From: Geosiphon pyriformis uo1
Taxonomy: Eukaryota > Fungi > Glomeromycota
NCBI GenBank assembly: GCA_016748015.1
Contig: JAAOMT010000671.1
Span: 196,165-204,597 of the forward strand
Length of the DNA: 8,433 bases
Direction of reading: 5' to 3'
The translations under genes and the position numbers were made by a program. The notes below the pieces were generated by a model. It was not told the origin of the DNA. It saw only the letters and a program-made list of their open reading frames with translations, and did not search any database. This document shows, piece by piece, positions 7,294 through 8,433 of this stretch. Numbering within the stretch: the stretch's first letter is position 1; each line of letters opens with the position of its first letter.

Positions 7294-8433
7294 TCAGTTT
7301 TGTGGTGTGAATTGATTTTGTGTAATCAGTCTTCGAGTAGGTACTTGATAATATTGTGTGGGTGGTTGTTGGTATTGCCATTGGATTGGTTGTGGGGTGG
7401 GCTGATAATAGTTATTTTGGTATTGAGGTCTTGGTGGATAGTAAGCTGGTGGTGATAGTTGATAATAAGATTGCTGTAGTGGAGAGTAACGTTGATTACT
7501 CCTGTTTTGTTGGTCTCGCTGTAGCTTCCTGCAATCTCTTTTCCAGTGGCCAGAGATTCCACAGTAATGGCAATTCTGAGGCTGGTTATTAGAAAGTGGT
7601 GCAAAGTTATTTTGATTTTGTTTTTGAGGTGGTTGATATCTTTGAGGTTGTTGTTGTTGTTGGTTGGTAAAATAGTTTTTGACCTTCTTTGTGAGTTGGT
7701 CAATTTTTTTCTCAGCTGCTGAGCTGGTTTTTTCAATTGCCAAATTTACAAGTTTTGTACGATTGGCCTCTTCCATGGCCATTTTGTATCTTTTTGCATG
7801 CTGTATGGCAGAGTTTAAATCATCTGGCACATGTGGGCGAACTTTTTTAATTAGTTTATCTTTTAGACCAGCGATAAATTGATCCAAGATTTGAGCATCG
7901 GAATAATAATCATTTGTCTTGAGTTGGCGAATCCATCTGAGAAGTTTGTTGAATTTCCCAATATAAGTCATAACGGATTCGGAGGGTTCTTGTTTGATAT
8001 TTCGAAAACAATTGCGAAGAGTGATGGAAGTATTATTGTCGGTGAACTGTTCAAGGAAGGCTGCTTTGAAAGCATTCCAATCATTGAATGGGGCGGCAAG
8101 ATTTTCAAACCATTCTCCTGTTGTTTCTTTGAGAAAGTAGGGAATTGTTCTTAACATTCTGGCAGTGTTCCATCCATTTGCATCTCCAGCTTTAGTAACT
8201 TGGTCGAGCCATTCTTGGGGACTGGTCTCAATATCTTCTCCATTGAATTCAGGGATTTTTGCGATGTATGTTGTCATTTTGTCTTCTTCATTTTCACTGT
8301 CTATTGATTCTTCTTCGGTTATTTCAGAGTTGTTTTCTTCATTTGCTGCTGTCTCAGAGTGTTCACTTTGATTTTCAGCTAGAAAATCAAGGAGATTGGA
8401 ACTAGTTTGAAGGGGTTCTTGTTGTCTGGTGGG
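7294..8433 (-). pseudogene. gag: Gag region: retrotransposon gag/capsid-like domain, CCHC zinc knuckle and Q/P/Y-rich tail
   Basis: IPEFNGED...QEWL...W...FKAAFLEQF...IKQEPSESVMTY...F, then ILDQFIAGL. Knuckle CHYCGISGHWKRDC (CX2CX4HX4C) at 7531-7572. Confidence 0.92.

Larger units (their letters stand above)
1..8433 (-). mobile_element. Ty3/Gypsy-type LTR retrotransposon, degenerate copy; 5' end lies beyond the window and the distal boundary of the 3' LTR is uncertain
   Basis: Domain order Gag-PR-(dUTPase)-RT-RNaseH-IN on the minus strand. IN after RT/RH is the Ty3/Gypsy order, and the RT motifs are Gypsy-type. A PPT is followed by TG at 953. Whether 1..~400 belongs to this copy is not established. 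Confidence 0.93.
3193..8433 (-). pseudogene. Single-frame gag-pol polyprotein (Gag-PR-Cys-rich-dUTPase-RT-RNaseH) with premature stops; 5'-partial
   Basis: ORFs 7294..8277, 6241..7254, 5857..6225, 4645..5844 and 3193..4242 share one frame. They are separated only by in-frame stops at 7294-7296 (TGA), 6241-6243 (TAG), 5857-5859 (TAA), 4645-4647, 4480-4482 and 4246-4248 (TGA). The frame is also open from 8277 to the window edge (PTRQQEPLQ...EEDK). Continuity across the N run assumes the gap size is exact. Confidence 0.88.

Noticed and set aside
7294-7296. Programmed stop-codon readthrough between gag and pol
   Set aside because: The position is suggestive, but six other TGA stops in this copy look like decay, and no readthrough context (such as CARYYA) follows. 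It would be revived only if the stop is conserved across copies.
2157-7296. Alternative genetic code with TGA as sense
   Set aside because: TGAs replace conserved Arg rather than Trp, TGG is used for Trp, and TAA/TAG stops also interrupt the frames.
6102-8371. Short plus-strand and alternate-frame ORFs over gag-pol
   Set aside because: Shadow ORFs with no recognisable motifs, explained by the codon and strand bias of the real frame.

Overview
The window is almost entirely one decayed Ty3/Gypsy (Metaviridae-type) LTR retrotransposon on the minus strand of an AT-rich eukaryote. From memory the proteins resemble repetitive elements of Glomeromycotina fungi (Geosiphon-like); this is recall, not a search result. 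The fragments in the ORF track collapse into three reading frames broken only by in-frame stops. (1) One frame from the window edge (8433) to 3193 encodes Gag (capsid-like region plus CCHC knuckle), aspartic protease, a Cys-rich domain of unknown function, a five-motif dUTPase, a dUTPase-like remnant, RT (YLDD) and RNase H; a 901-nt N run hides most of RT/RNase H. (2) The integrase (HHCC, D-D35-E, GPF) is in a different frame with its own ATG (3143..1758). (3) An unknown ORF3 (1641..922) runs through the PPT into the 3' LTR, which starts at 953. The non-coding end carries a 6 x 20-bp palindromic array near a TATA box and a duplicated two-hairpin element with compensatory base changes. The copy shows heavy C>T/G>A decay (11 premature stops, no frameshifts inside the frames).
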